Origin: Candidatus Bathyarchaeota archaeon
Lineage (GTDB): Archaea > Thermoproteota > Bathyarchaeia > Bathyarchaeales > Bathycorpusculaceae
Direction: 5' to 3'
Length of the DNA: 64,000 nucleotides
Assembly: GCA_963717465.1 (NCBI GenBank)
Contig: OY970340.1
Location: 2,080,001 to 2,144,000 of the forward strand
A program made the position numbers and the translations under genes. Below are positions 21,838-31,637 of the stretch, in pieces; position 1 is the stretch's first letter, and each line of letters begins with the position of its first letter. The notes under the pieces are model-generated. The model did no database searches, had not been told where the DNA came from, and saw only the letters and a program-made list of their open reading frames with translations.

Positions 21838-21923
21838 AATACTAGGTTAAAAAACAAACAAATTTAAGTGTTCTCTTCAGTTCAAATACTGCAACATCAA
21901 CATTTGTAAGTCGTGATTCAGAT

Positions 21924-22997
21924 TTGAAGATTATTGAAAAAAACCTCAGGCAAGGATTCGTTAAGGTTGTTCCAGATTCACAGGATGATCTTTGGCATCT
22001 GTATAATGTCATTTACAAAGGTGATGAAGTCTACGCTTATACGTCAAGAGCCATAAAAAATGACACTGAAAGTTCACGCCCAAAAAGTGGTGAACGATTC
22101 TCAGCCTTCATGGGTGTGACAGTCGAGTCGGTTGGCTGGGATAAGTTTCTTGGTAAACTGCGTGTTCACGGTTTAATCTGTCACGCTCCAGAGATTGTTC
22201 CCACTGGCGCGCATCATACGATTAGCATTGCTTTGAATCATCCTTTAACAATCGTTAAAAAAGAATGGCCAAAACACCTCTTAGATCGGCTTGTTCGGGC
22301 GAGTGAGGTTGAAAAGCCGATTTTGATTATTTCGATTGACGATGAAGGATTCGCCATAGCTGAAACTAAGCAGTACGGTGTTGAAATTAAGGTTGAAGAA
22401 AGAATGAGGTTGCCTGGGAAACTTGAAGCTGACAAACGCGTTGAAGCTACAAAAGCCTATTTCCGCCGTGCCCTTAACGCCCTAACTCAATTGTGGAGTC
22501 CCAATCACAACGCAATCGTAATTATCGGTGTGGGCTTTGTGAAAAATGATTTTGCAAAATACTTGTCTGATGAAGCAAAAGAAATTTCGCACGCAGTAGT
22601 TGATGTAAAAAGCGTCAACAACGGTGGAACAGCAGGAATATATGAAGCTCTACGTTCAGGCGTCTTGTTAAAGGCATCTCACAAACTGCGGATTGTCGAA
22701 GAAACAGAGACCATGGAGGAAATACTGAAGCGACTTGGCAAGGGTGAAGGAACAATTACTTATGGGTTAGAATCCGTCGAAAAGGCAATTATGATGGGTG
22801 CGGTCGAAAAACTTGTTCTTGCCGACACAGCGTTACGTGATGCAGGTGATGATCAAAGATTAAAACTTGAAGAGTTGATGCGTGACGTGGAAAAGCGGAA
22901 TGCAAGCGTAACAGTCATTAGTACAGAGCATGAAGCAGGCTCAAAACTCCTTTCACTTGGTGGAATTGCAGCCCTGCTTAGGTTCCCTATCCAATAA
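21924..22997 (+). CDS. pelA: Pelota/Dom34 ribosome rescue factor
   Basis: DDLWHLYNVI, GAHHT, EHEAGSKLLSLGGIAALLRF. Confidence 0.95.
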   Translation: MKIIEKNLRQGFVKVVPDSQDDLWHLYNVIYKGDEVYAYTSRAIKNDTESSRPKSGERFSAFMGVTVESVGWDKFLGKLRVHGLICHAPEIVPTGAHHTISIALNHPLTIVKKEWPKHLLDRLVRASEVEKPILIISIDDEGFAIAETKQYGVEIKVEERMRLPGKLEADKRVEATKAYFRRALNALTQLWSPNHNAIVIIGVGFVKNDFAKYLSDEAKEISHAVVDVKSVNNGGTAGIYEALRSGVLLKASHKLRIVEETETMEEILKRLGKGEGTITYGLESVEKAIMMGAVEKLVLADTALRDAGDDQRLKLEELMRDVEKRNASVTVISTEHEAGSKLLSLGGIAALLRFPIQ

Positions 22998-23024
22998 TTG
23001 AATTCGATCACAAACTTAAATTTT

Positions 23025-23688
23025 TCAAAAAAGTTTCGTCTGCTGAGTATTTCTACCGTTTAATGCTTTTTTTGCCGGTTTCCATGATTTCCTTATGCAA
23101 TCTGGAAAGTCATTGTTTTTTTTCAGCCATTGATTGATGAAAATCATGGTTTTCTCGTCTGTTAGGTATCCACTTCCAAAATCGCCATACTTATTTCTTA
23201 AGTCAGCTATTTCTTGGTCGCGTTGAACTTTTGCGATAATAGAAGCAGCAGAAACTATCGGGTATATTCTGTCCGCTTTATGCTTAGAGATTATTTTTGA
23301 TTTAGTTGTTAAGCATTCCTGAATGTGCTGTCTAAAACGATCTTCAACGCACGTCTGCTGCGTCAACGTAGACCTCGTCCGGTTTTAGAAAATCAATTAT
23401 TTTCGCCATTGTTTGCGCTTCAAGCCTATTCAGTTTATGGAGTTTTCTTTGACTTTCAACGACCTTATCGATTTCGCTTGGCGCAAGTTTTATCGTATGA
23501 AAACTTTTGGTTAACTTTGTAATTTCAATGTATAATTCTTCACGTTTCTTAGGCGACAAAAGTTTTGAATCTTTCACTCCGAGCTGGCTTAAAAACTGGA
23601 GGTTTTCTGTTTCCAATGCAACTCCCGCAACAACAAGCGGACCAACTACGCATCCACGTCCAGCCTCGTCAACTCCAGCAATTAACAG
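23025..23688 (-). CDS. rnhB: Ribonuclease HII (frameshift near 23349; no canonical start codon)
   Basis: IAGVDEAGRGCVVGPL, GVKDSK, VYVDAAD, VSAASIIAKV, GSGY. Confidence 0.93.
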
Positions 23689-23863
23689 TTCAATACACCC
23701 TTTTTCAACGAGTAACTTGGATAATAGATTTCTTAGCTATAAAATTTTTTCATAAACATCTTCTTCAAGGTATTCAGCGTTCTGTTCAGCCTACCCAAAC
23801 CTAAAACATCAATCTGCACCAAAAGCCGTAATCAGACTGAATTCTATCTGATTTTTCTCTAAG

Positions 23864-23876
23864 AAAGGCTTATAGG
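23864..23876 (+). promoter_or_regulatory. Putative BRE-TATA of the host tRNA-Ala gene
   Basis: AAAGGCTTATAGG about 40 nt upstream of the tRNA 5' fragment. Confidence 0.45.
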
Positions 23877-23912
23877 CTAATGTTACGGGTTATTTTAAAA
23901 GAGCGCCATTTT

Positions 23913-23928
23913 GGGCGGGTAGATCAGT
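23913..23928 (+). pseudogene. 5' fragment (nt 1-16) of host tRNA-Ala(GGC); attL
   Basis: GGGCGGGTAGATCAGT; GGGCGGG pairs with CCCGTCC at 25973-25979, including G3:U70. Confidence 0.88.
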
Positions 23929-24016
23929 ATACGCCCAAAACGAAAGCAACCCGCCCAAAGAAACAATCCAGAAAATAAAAGACGCACTCCAAGCAATCAA
24001 CGAAACCGAAAACCTG

Positions 24017-24958
24017 ATGAAAGCAAAACAAGACGACAACGAACATATAAAAAAGACAAAAAGAACACTAACACGATTAGCATCAGAAACAGACATTTTT
24101 AACCCAACCGCAGTTTTAACATACATAAAAGACTTAAAAAGAGACAAAAAATCAGCCATAAACCAAGACGTAACACCCGACAAACCACTAACAAAAGGCT
24201 ACAAACTAAAAATAATATACGCCTATGCAGTATTTTGCCAAGCCAACGAAATACCTTTCAAACCACCAAAAATAAGTTACGAATCACCAATACCAATAAT
24301 TCCAAGCACAGAAGAAGTCAATCAAATAATAGGATGCACTTCTAACAACTATGCAACAATTTTCACTATAATGAAAGAAACCGCCGTAGAATCAGACGAA
24401 CTACATAAAACATCAAAAAACCAAATTGACAAAGAAAAAGGCATTCTAAGCATTATAGGAAACAAACAACATAGTAACGGAACCTATAACCTCACAATAC
24501 AAACCGCAACAACGCTAAGAATATATTTAGACAAACCAGAAAAGAAAACAAATTTCAAGCGACAAATACCAAAAGAAGAATATCCATTCCCAACAAGAAA
24601 ATCAATAAGCAAAGCATGGTTAGACGCAAGAACCAAAGCATCCATAAAATACCAAAATAAAAACCTCTTAACAATACCATTAAAAAACTTAAGAAACTAC
24701 GCAGGCGCAGTCTATTATTTTACTTATGGCAAAGACGCAATAGCAACACAACAATTTATGAGACATAAAAATTTGCAACAAACAAGCAACTACCTAAGAG
24801 GAATAAAAGGATTCACAATGCGACTACAAAAAATCGGAAAAATCACAACAACCGCGGAAGAAACAATGGAACTAATACTACAAGGATTCAAAGAAGAATC
24901 AGTATTTAATCAAGGAACACCAAACGAAAAACACGTTTTAACAAAAATAAACATATAA
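24017..24958 (+). CDS. Tyrosine recombinase/integrase, divergent
   Basis: KNLRNY, FMRHKN, TSNY; first catalytic Arg position reads ETAVESDEL. Confidence 0.8.
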   Translation: MKAKQDDNEHIKKTKRTLTRLASETDIFNPTAVLTYIKDLKRDKKSAINQDVTPDKPLTKGYKLKIIYAYAVFCQANEIPFKPPKISYESPIPIIPSTEEVNQIIGCTSNNYATIFTIMKETAVESDELHKTSKNQIDKEKGILSIIGNKQHSNGTYNLTIQTATTLRIYLDKPEKKTNFKRQIPKEEYPFPTRKSISKAWLDARTKASIKYQNKNLLTIPLKNLRNYAGAVYYFTYGKDAIATQQFMRHKNLQQTSNYLRGIKGFTMRLQKIGKITTTAEETMELILQGFKEESVFNQGTPNEKHVLTKINI

Positions 24959-24964
24959 ACATAA

Positions 24965-25039
24965 TGGACAAGGGGGGATTTGAACCCCCGACCTCTACAA
25001 TGCCAATGTAGCGTTCATACCAAACTGGACTACTTGCCC
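24965..25039 (-). tRNA. tRNA-Ala(GGC), element-borne, intact
   Basis: GGGCAAG/CTTGTCC-A acceptor with G3:U70, CTACA-TTGGCAT-TGTAG, GGGGG-TTCAAAT-CCCCC; TTTAAA box at 25069-25074; one D-stem mismatch; no encoded CCA. Confidence 0.92.
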
Positions 25040-25333
25040 ATATTTTTTAGTTCTACTCCGTATTACCCTTTAAAGGTTACTAAACAGAAAAGCAAAATAA
25101 AAAAAGGAAAAATAATTATTTATCAACCACCTAAAACACAAAGACAATTAATCAAGCAATAAAAAGCACGGAACAGGTGAACATGCGCTATCACACTTTT
25201 TGCCCACTAAATCACAGTCATATTTCAGGAAAACAGAAAACTAGATTATACACTTAAATGTAAAATACGGGTAAAATTAACAAATCATTCGACCGACCAC
25301 CCAACAATAGAGTTAGCCATTGGTCAATGAATC

Positions 25334-25684
25334 TCATCGATGTTCTATTAGACAGAGTCTGACTCCATTCGGGTCTTCGATAAAGGCACACCTTCCAACG
25401 AGTATGGGAATGGGTTCCATTGTGATCTTAGCACCTTTGGCTCTTAGCTCGTTCAAAGTGGCATTCAAATCCTCTACGTCCACTCCGATTGAATACAACC
25501 CTACTTGATAATGTGGGTCTTCTATAACCTCAATCATGGCATCTCCTTCCCCTTTCAGAAGGGTAATCGTCGATCCTGATCGGGGTTTGTATTGACTATC
25601 AACCGTAAACCCCATGACAGAGGTGTAGAATTTTACCGTTTCTTCCATGTTTTTTACTATCATGGTAGAATATTTAACTTTCAT
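25334..25684 (-). CDS. VOC/glyoxalase family protein
   Basis: [34 protein letters not shown]. Confidence 0.88.
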   Translation of the reverse strand: MKVKYSTMIVKNMEETVKFYTSVMGFTVDSQYKPRSGSTITLLKGEGDAMIEVIEDPHYQVGLYSIGVDVEDLNATLNELRAKGAKITMEPIPILVGRCAFIEDPNGVRLCLIEHR

Positions 25685-25914
25685 AATTTTAGCAACCTTT
25701 GAATAACTTTTAAAGTTTGCGTTTGAGACAACTGAGGCTTTTTCTTTTTATTAGTTTTTGAAAGCGCAAATAAAATAAACCTGCACTGATGGTAACTTAC
25801 GTTAGAGTGATTGCTATGTCTGGAACAGAAACGTTGCTTCCGTACGTTAACGATAAGAAAAAGCCAACGGAAACGAAAAAACCGTTTTGCACAAAAACAA
25901 TTTGACGACAGGTT

Positions 25915-25983
25915 GATCAGTCTGGTACGATCGCCACGTTGGCATCGTGGAGGCCGCGGGTTCAAATTCCGCCCCGTCCACCA
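25915..25983 (+). pseudogene. 3' fragment of host tRNA-Ala(GGC) including CCA; attR
   Basis: GATCAGTCTGGTACGATC-G-CCACG-TTGGCAT-CGTGG-AGGCC-GCGGG-TTCAAAT-TCCGC-CCCGTCC-A-CCA; local upstream bases cannot form the acceptor stem. Confidence 0.9.
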
Positions 25984-26367
25984 TTTAACTTCATGTTTAA
26001 AGCTTATTTTTGACTTACTGATGATGAGAAGGAATTAGAGAGTTTCAATAGTTATTAGCGAATGCAGAAGCTGAGTCCTTTGAGAGCTTATGATCTGCTG
26101 ATGGATTATGCAAAGAAAACTGATTCTAAAAATAAGACTGGCCGTTTCGAGAAACTTTTTATTGCTTGGCTTGGAACCGCGCGAAGCAAAACTTGAAAAC
26201 TCAGTCAAGCCGGCAAGAAAGCGCAGGCCAAGTTGAATAAATTAATTTTCTTAGTTATCTTTCTAATTTTTAGACAAAAAACGGAAAAAAATTTCTAAAT
26301 AATGATTGCTTTTTACACTATGTTATTGCCAAAGAGAATTTTTGAACATGCTGGCTGTTTTCTTTGT

Positions 26368-26502
26368 TTAAGCAAAGCTTGCTTTATCGACTAGGTGTGC
26401 TGTTCCATCGGGACAGTAGACTTTTCCGCCTTCAGAAACTTTTTGATAGCGCAAAATGCATGATTTCTGCAGTTCGCATCCATCACAATCTCGAGAAATC
26501 AC
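26368..26502 (-). CDS. 44-aa putative metal-binding small protein (absent from ORF track)
   Basis: MISRDCDGCELQKSCILRYQKVSEGGKVYCPDGTAHLVDKASFA; GAGGGGG upstream. Confidence 0.55.
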   Translation of the reverse strand: MISRDCDGCELQKSCILRYQKVSEGGKVYCPDGTAHLVDKASFA

Positions 26503-26633
26503 TTTTTATTCTTCCCCCTCTACGGTGAGCTAATATAAACGACTGTGGAATCTTTTAAGGCATTTTACATGACACCCCTTACCTCTGCAGACGCTCAAGT
26601 ACGATTATTTAGTCAAAAATCTTAAGTTGTACC

Positions 26634-26957
26634 TTGCAGTATCGCTTAGAAAATGGAGAAACCCAAATGAGCGCAGTAGAAACGGCAATGAGCATTGCGA
26701 GCATCATCAACTTTATTGCTTTATTGTTACTGTTGCAAGCCGTTATAAAGAATCGAAACGGGCTTAAAGGATACAGCATAACAGGCTCATTCTTAACATT
26801 TGTATCCCTCTGTGGCTTTGAAGTTGCCTACTACTTAATGAACAACCTTGTCAGCTTGATTTTAGGTTTTGCAGCGGTAATCTTTTGGTTAATAGCCTTC
26901 ATTTACACATTCAAACAAAAACTAAGCAGCACAAAACCAAAAAATCAAGAAGCTTAA
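26634..26957 (+). CDS. Small 3-TM membrane protein
   Basis: Three hydrophobic segments; true start probably the later ATG (MSAVE) after GGAG. Confidence 0.65.
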   Translation: MQYRLENGETQMSAVETAMSIASIINFIALLLLLQAVIKNRNGLKGYSITGSFLTFVSLCGFEVAYYLMNNLVSLILGFAAVIFWLIAFIYTFKQKLSSTKPKNQEA

Positions 26958-27156
26958 TCGGCAACTAAAAATTCAATTTTGGGATTATTTTCAAAGAGTC
27001 AAGCAAAACTAACACACATATTTTTTCTTGTATTCCATGGCTGAGGTGTACCCGAGACCGGAAATGAGAACGCGAATTGCGAGAGAGAACGCTTATAAGA
27101 TAAAAAAGCTCCCTTAAACATTTAACACCGCAAAATAGAAATTAACTAACACATGA

Positions 27157-27229
27157 AGCCCGGTGGTGTAGTGGCCAAGCATAGCGGGCTTTGGACCCGC
27201 CGACGAGAGTTCGAATCTCTCCCGGGCTA
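27157..27229 (+). tRNA. tRNA-Gln(TTG)
   Basis: AGCCCGG/CCGGGCT-A, GCGGG-CTTTGGA-CCCGC, GAGAG-TTCGAAT-CTCTC. Confidence 0.95.
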
Positions 27230-27307
27230 CTTTTACACTTGTTAAAGAATACCAACTTTCCCTTTTTCCTTGCTTTGATTTAGTGTTCCTGCCCAGTAGC
27301 CTAAAAG

Positions 27308-28272
27308 TTGGTGTCTCTAAATGGCTTCCGCAAGGATTACTTAAGGCTAAACTTCTCGATCAATGAAATTGTTATACAATTCAAAGAATGGGCTACTGAA
27401 GACACATATATGATACTAAGCAAATGGAACCCTAAAAAGTGGAAAAACGACGTTTTTGCGGTTAAATGTGCAAAACGCGGGAATGATGTTTACCGTAGCA
27501 GGGTTGAGAGTAGATTCAGAGGATTAGCCAATAAGGCTGAGGCATTAGCGTTTTTTAACCCGAAAGCGAGAGGAGCGTTAGCGACCTGAGCATTATGGTT
27601 AACATTGATTTACGATACTGAACTCTACGCTTACAAGGATGCATGGGCGAAGATCGGTGTTGAGTTTAACGGTTTCATTGCTTACGTTAGGAGCCGTTTT
27701 GGTAAGGTTTCGTGTTGTCGGGTGTTTGAGTCTTTTGAGAATGGTTATCCTCATATCCATTGTATTTTGCTTTTTCAAGAATACTCCTTCTTAGTCTTTA
27801 GGGATGGTAAGGGTCACTTTAGAGTAAAAGAGAAAGAGGCTATCGATAGTGTTTGGCATAGTAATGTTGACGTTAAAGCCATGAGTTCTCTGGCTGGCGG
27901 TTTCTCTTACCTTAAGAAATATCTTTTGAAAGGAATAGATTTTGAGAAGGCTGATTTAAAGGGTTTGAAGCCGTTGGCTTTATGTTGGTTGTTTAGGAAA
28001 GGGCTTTTTCTGTTAGTGGCAGTTTCCGTAAGGCGTTATCCGACTTGATAATGGATTTGCAGTAGTCAAACAAGAGGTTGGTTCAGGTTACGCTTTTGGG
28101 TGAGGAGATTGTTGAGGAGAAATTCTATGTGTTAGGTTTTGTTAGTTCCGATGTTATAGGTATTGAAAAGGATTGTTGGTTTGCGATTTTATCCTCTAAG
28201 CAAATTGATTCTTTGAATAGCCATCTATCAAAATTCAAGAATTTTGTGATGGATTTTTCAATCTTGAATTAA
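27308..28272 (+). pseudogene. Rolling-circle (HUH) Rep, interrupted by in-frame TGA 27587-27589 and a shift near 28000
   Basis: Motif I-like LWLTLIY, motif II GYPHIHCIL, motif III YLKKY. Confidence 0.8.
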
Positions 28273-28450
28273 ATTTTAATCTTTCTCTCTCTTCCCTAAT
28301 TAAAAACTAAACGACTGCTAGCGCGCACGCAAACAAAACTAAAACGCGCTAAAAATTCTGCTCGCCAATTTCTTTCTTACGGCGCGTTGATGCCAAGCGC
28401 AAGCTTTAAATCGAATTCGTATGGTGTTAAAGGGAATTAGGGGAAGGTAG

Positions 28451-30154
28451 ATGAAGTTTAAGGTTTGGAAAATTTTATGTTTATTATTTGCTGTGATTTT
28501 TGTTTTGTCAACAATTCATGCAGTCCACGCCACCACTGAGATAGTCGGCACAATACCAGTGGGAATTGATCCAGAGGGCGTTGCTTATGATTCTGGCATG
28601 GGCGAGATATTTGTAGCCAATGAAGCTTCAAACATGGTCTCAGTTATAAATGACACCACCAATGCTGTGGTCGCGAACGTGACTGTAGGATCCTACCCAT
28701 TTTGGCTAGCCTATGATTCTGGCATGGGCGAGATATTTGTAGCCAATGAAAATTCCGGCACGGTCTCAGTCATAAATGACACCACCAACACAGTAGTTGC
28801 AAACGTAACCTTAGGATCCTCCTCATCCGCAATAGGCGTTGCTTACGATGCTGGCAAGGGCGAGATATTCGTAACCGACAGCGGTATGGCCAAGGTCTGG
28901 GTTATATCTGACAGCAACAACACTGTGGTCGCAAACGTGACTGTAGGAGCTGAACCGTTTGGCGTTGCTTATGATCCTGTTCAAAACGAGATATACGTAG
29001 CTAATTATTGGTCCGGCACGGTCTCAGTCATATCTGACAACAATAACACTGTGGTTGCATCAATACAGGTCGGAACAGTCTCCGGGTTTGGATCTTGCTG
29101 GGGGATTGCTTATGATTCTGGAAAAGGTGAGATGTTCGTAGCCAATTGTTACGATAATGATGTTGCAGTTATCAATGACACCACAAACACCGTAATTACA
29201 ACCGCGTACGTGGGAGACTATCCCGAGGGTGTTGCTTATGATCCCGATACAGGCGAAATATTCGTAGCCGACTTAAACGGTCATGATGTTTCAGTGATAA
29301 ATGACACCACCAACAACGAAATCCCCTCGGACCTCAGCTTGGACGGTGGTCACCCTCAGGGCATTGTTTATGATTCTGGTATGGAAGAGATATTCGTGCC
29401 CACCGGCTCGTTAGACACTGTCGCGATAATAGCAAATCCAGCTACTTTGTCTCCTCCAACGGTGACACCTTCACTGAGCACTGTCACTCAAGGGCAAGAC
29501 AGCAATTTGACTTCAACCGCAGTAACCACAGGTACTTCGCCATACACATATCAATGGTTCAGTCAAGCCCCTGATGCATCATCTTACATAATGATCAGCG
29601 GCGCAAATATGTCAAGCTACGACTTCGTATCCACAACTTCAACAGCAACAGGCACATGGAACTTCATACTTCAAGTAACAGACAGCACTGAGGCAGCAGT
29701 GAACGCCACCGCAGCATCAGTAAATGTCAGCACGCTTGCAGCTACTACTACTCCAACGCCATCGCCAAGTCCAACAGCAACATCCTCACCAACAGCTACG
29801 CCGGCGGCATCATCATTCACTTTATCGCCTATTGATATGGTTGCAATCATAATTGTGATTGTTGCGGTTATTGTTTTGTTGCTTTTGTTGCTTTTGTTCA
29901 TGGGTCGCCACACTATTGACGCTTCAGCAGACAAAAATGGCACTATAACTCCGGATGGGAAAATACGCGTAAGCCGCAATGCAAACAAAACCTTCGAAAT
30001 CAAACCCAACGCGGGCTATCAGATATCTGATGTTCAAGTGGATGGAAAACCAGTTGAGGCCAAATCCACCTACACTTTCGAAAACGTCAAAGAAAACCAC
30101 ACAATCGTTGCAACCTTCACAGCAGAACAACCAGACAAAAACAAAAAAACTTAA
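28451..30154 (+). CDS. Surface protein A: YVTN/YncE beta-propeller, Ig-like domain, PT linker, TM, InlB B-repeat-like tail
   Basis: Signal peptide; repeated GVAYDSGMGEIFVAN...VSVINDTTN; hydrophobic TM; ASADKNGTITPDG...GYQISDVQVDG. Confidence 0.85.
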   Translation: MKFKVWKILCLLFAVIFVLSTIHAVHATTEIVGTIPVGIDPEGVAYDSGMGEIFVANEASNMVSVINDTTNAVVANVTVGSYPFWLAYDSGMGEIFVANENSGTVSVINDTTNTVVANVTLGSSSSAIGVAYDAGKGEIFVTDSGMAKVWVISDSNNTVVANVTVGAEPFGVAYDPVQNEIYVANYWSGTVSVISDNNNTVVASIQVGTVSGFGSCWGIAYDSGKGEMFVANCYDNDVAVINDTTNTVITTAYVGDYPEGVAYDPDTGEIFVADLNGHDVSVINDTTNNEIPSDLSLDGGHPQGIVYDSGMEEIFVPTGSLDTVAIIANPATLSPPTVTPSLSTVTQGQDSNLTSTAVTTGTSPYTYQWFSQAPDASSYIMISGANMSSYDFVSTTSTATGTWNFILQVTDSTEAAVNATAASVNVSTLAATTTPTPSPSPTATSSPTATPAASSFTLSPIDMVAIIIVIVAVIVLLLLLLLFMGRHTIDASADKNGTITPDGKIRVSRNANKTFEIKPNAGYQISDVQVDGKPVEAKSTYTFENVKENHTIVATFTAEQPDKNKKT

Positions 30155-30583
30155 CCAATATTTCCTTTTTTTTTTTAACTTTCCGAAAATATAAAATTGG
30201 AAATGCACACTTTTCTGCTCTGCCTTAAATGTAAAAAACAGTTCAACGTACAGCGCGTCGCTTTGTCCCTAAATTAGGTATTGAAGTGAATTGGTGATAA
30301 TGCCTTCGCATATTTGTCCATTGTTTTGAGCTGCCTCCCGATTGAAAATCAAACAAAGAACGCTACTAACGCGTAGAAGATTTGAGATCCCATTTCTTCA
30401 AATAAATTTTTTAATTTAGGGACAAGCCCGCCGTTAAGTTGCTATTGCATTAATACTATCAGTTGCTGTTCTAAATACAAAGCGTTAAATGTGTAGCCTA
30501 ATTAAGTTTGTTATTCTAGATGGAGCCGTAGTCAAAAATCTTTTAAAGTTCATTGCATCAGTAGAAGTTAGAAGGAATAAGAA

Positions 30584-30970
30584 ATGAGCAATCCAGATTT
30601 AGTTCAAAAGAAAAGTAAGAAGAAACTTTATGTTGGAATAATAGCTAGTTGTTTTAATTGTAATAATAGTTGGAGCAATTTCGCTTTATTACTTAAATTC
30701 AAATTCAAATGCAACTGCAACACCAACTCTGTCAAGTATGGCTGGTACATATGTCGAACAAACTTCAAGCGGAACAGGATACACTATAATTCTTTATGAA
30801 AATGGCACAGCTCTATTTAGTACATATTCTGGCACATGGAATATAGTCAACTCAACCACTTTCGAAGGCACATATAGAGTACTATTGGCATAACTCAAAA
30901 CGATTATTTCACAATCACAAATAACGGTTTCACCGCAGTTCAAACAGGAAACGTATACGTTAAAAAGTAG
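30584..30970 (+). CDS. Small N-anchored membrane protein, frameshifted
   Basis: After two corrections: KKKLYVGIIA-VVLIVIIVGAISLYYL...GTWNIVNSTTFEG...GNVYVKK. Confidence 0.5.
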
Positions 30971-31289
30971 ACATACGTGCTTCTAACACTTTTTTTGTTT
31001 CTTCTTTTAGAAAGAGAAAAGCATTATTCTAGTCGGCCAGTACCGTTAAGTTTGTTTTTTTTTGTTAATGTAATAAAATGGATGTTATTGTACAGCTAGC
31101 GGCTCTATGTCCATAAAGTCTAATGCCTTAAACACTCTATTGCCTAGTTCTTTCAATTTAGGACTCCAATAATGCCGTATGAAAATACTAATCAGAATTC
31201 TACCACAATGAAGGCCTTGTTCATCTCTGCTAACACCCAGTGACAACAAATATGCCTGGTAATATAAAGAAAAACAATAAAATCTTACG

Positions 31290-31637
31290 GTTTTCTTAAG
31301 AATTATCTTCGGCTTAATTTTGACTTGCGAAGATTTGTAGGCGAATATCAGGATTGGGTTTCTGAAGCTACTTATATGGTTCTTGTTCGCTGGAATAAAG
31401 AGGAATGGAAGAATGATGTTTTCGCCGTTAAAGGTGCTAAGCGAGGAAATGATGTTTACCTAAGCCGAGTTGAGAGTAGATTCAGAGGATTAGCCAATAA
31501 AGCTTTGAGGAGTTAGCGTTTTTTAACCCGAAGGCGAGGGGGGCGTTAGCGACCTGAGCGTTATGGTTAACATTGACTTGCGATACTGAACTCTGCGCTT
31601 ACAAGGAGGCATGGGAAAAGATTGGCGTTGAAGCGCG
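31290..31637 (+). pseudogene. Second, truncated HUH Rep remnant
   Basis: WKNDVFAVKGAKRGNDVY..RVESRFRGLANKA; aligns by eye with 27330-27665. Confidence 0.8.

Larger units (their letters stand above)
23922..25921. mobile_element. About 2-kb integrative element inserted in the D-arm of tRNA-Ala(GGC)
   Basis: GATCAGT direct repeats at 23922-23928 and 25915-25921; contains integrase, tRNA-Ala and a VOC gene; deleting it yields a complete cloverleaf. Confidence 0.85.

Noticed and set aside
23922..25921. The 2-kb insert as a spliceable BHB tRNA intron (the two GAUC copies can pair, each followed by AGU)
   Set aside because: The helices flanking the bulges do not pair; the pattern follows trivially from a duplicated palindromic core
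25904..25983. An intact tRNA-Ala at this position
   Set aside because: The local 5' bases (CGACAGG) do not pair with CCCGTCC; the matching strand is at 23913
24980..26038. ORFs 24980-25162, 25681-25965 and 25811-26038
   Set aside because: Shadow frames over the tRNA sequences
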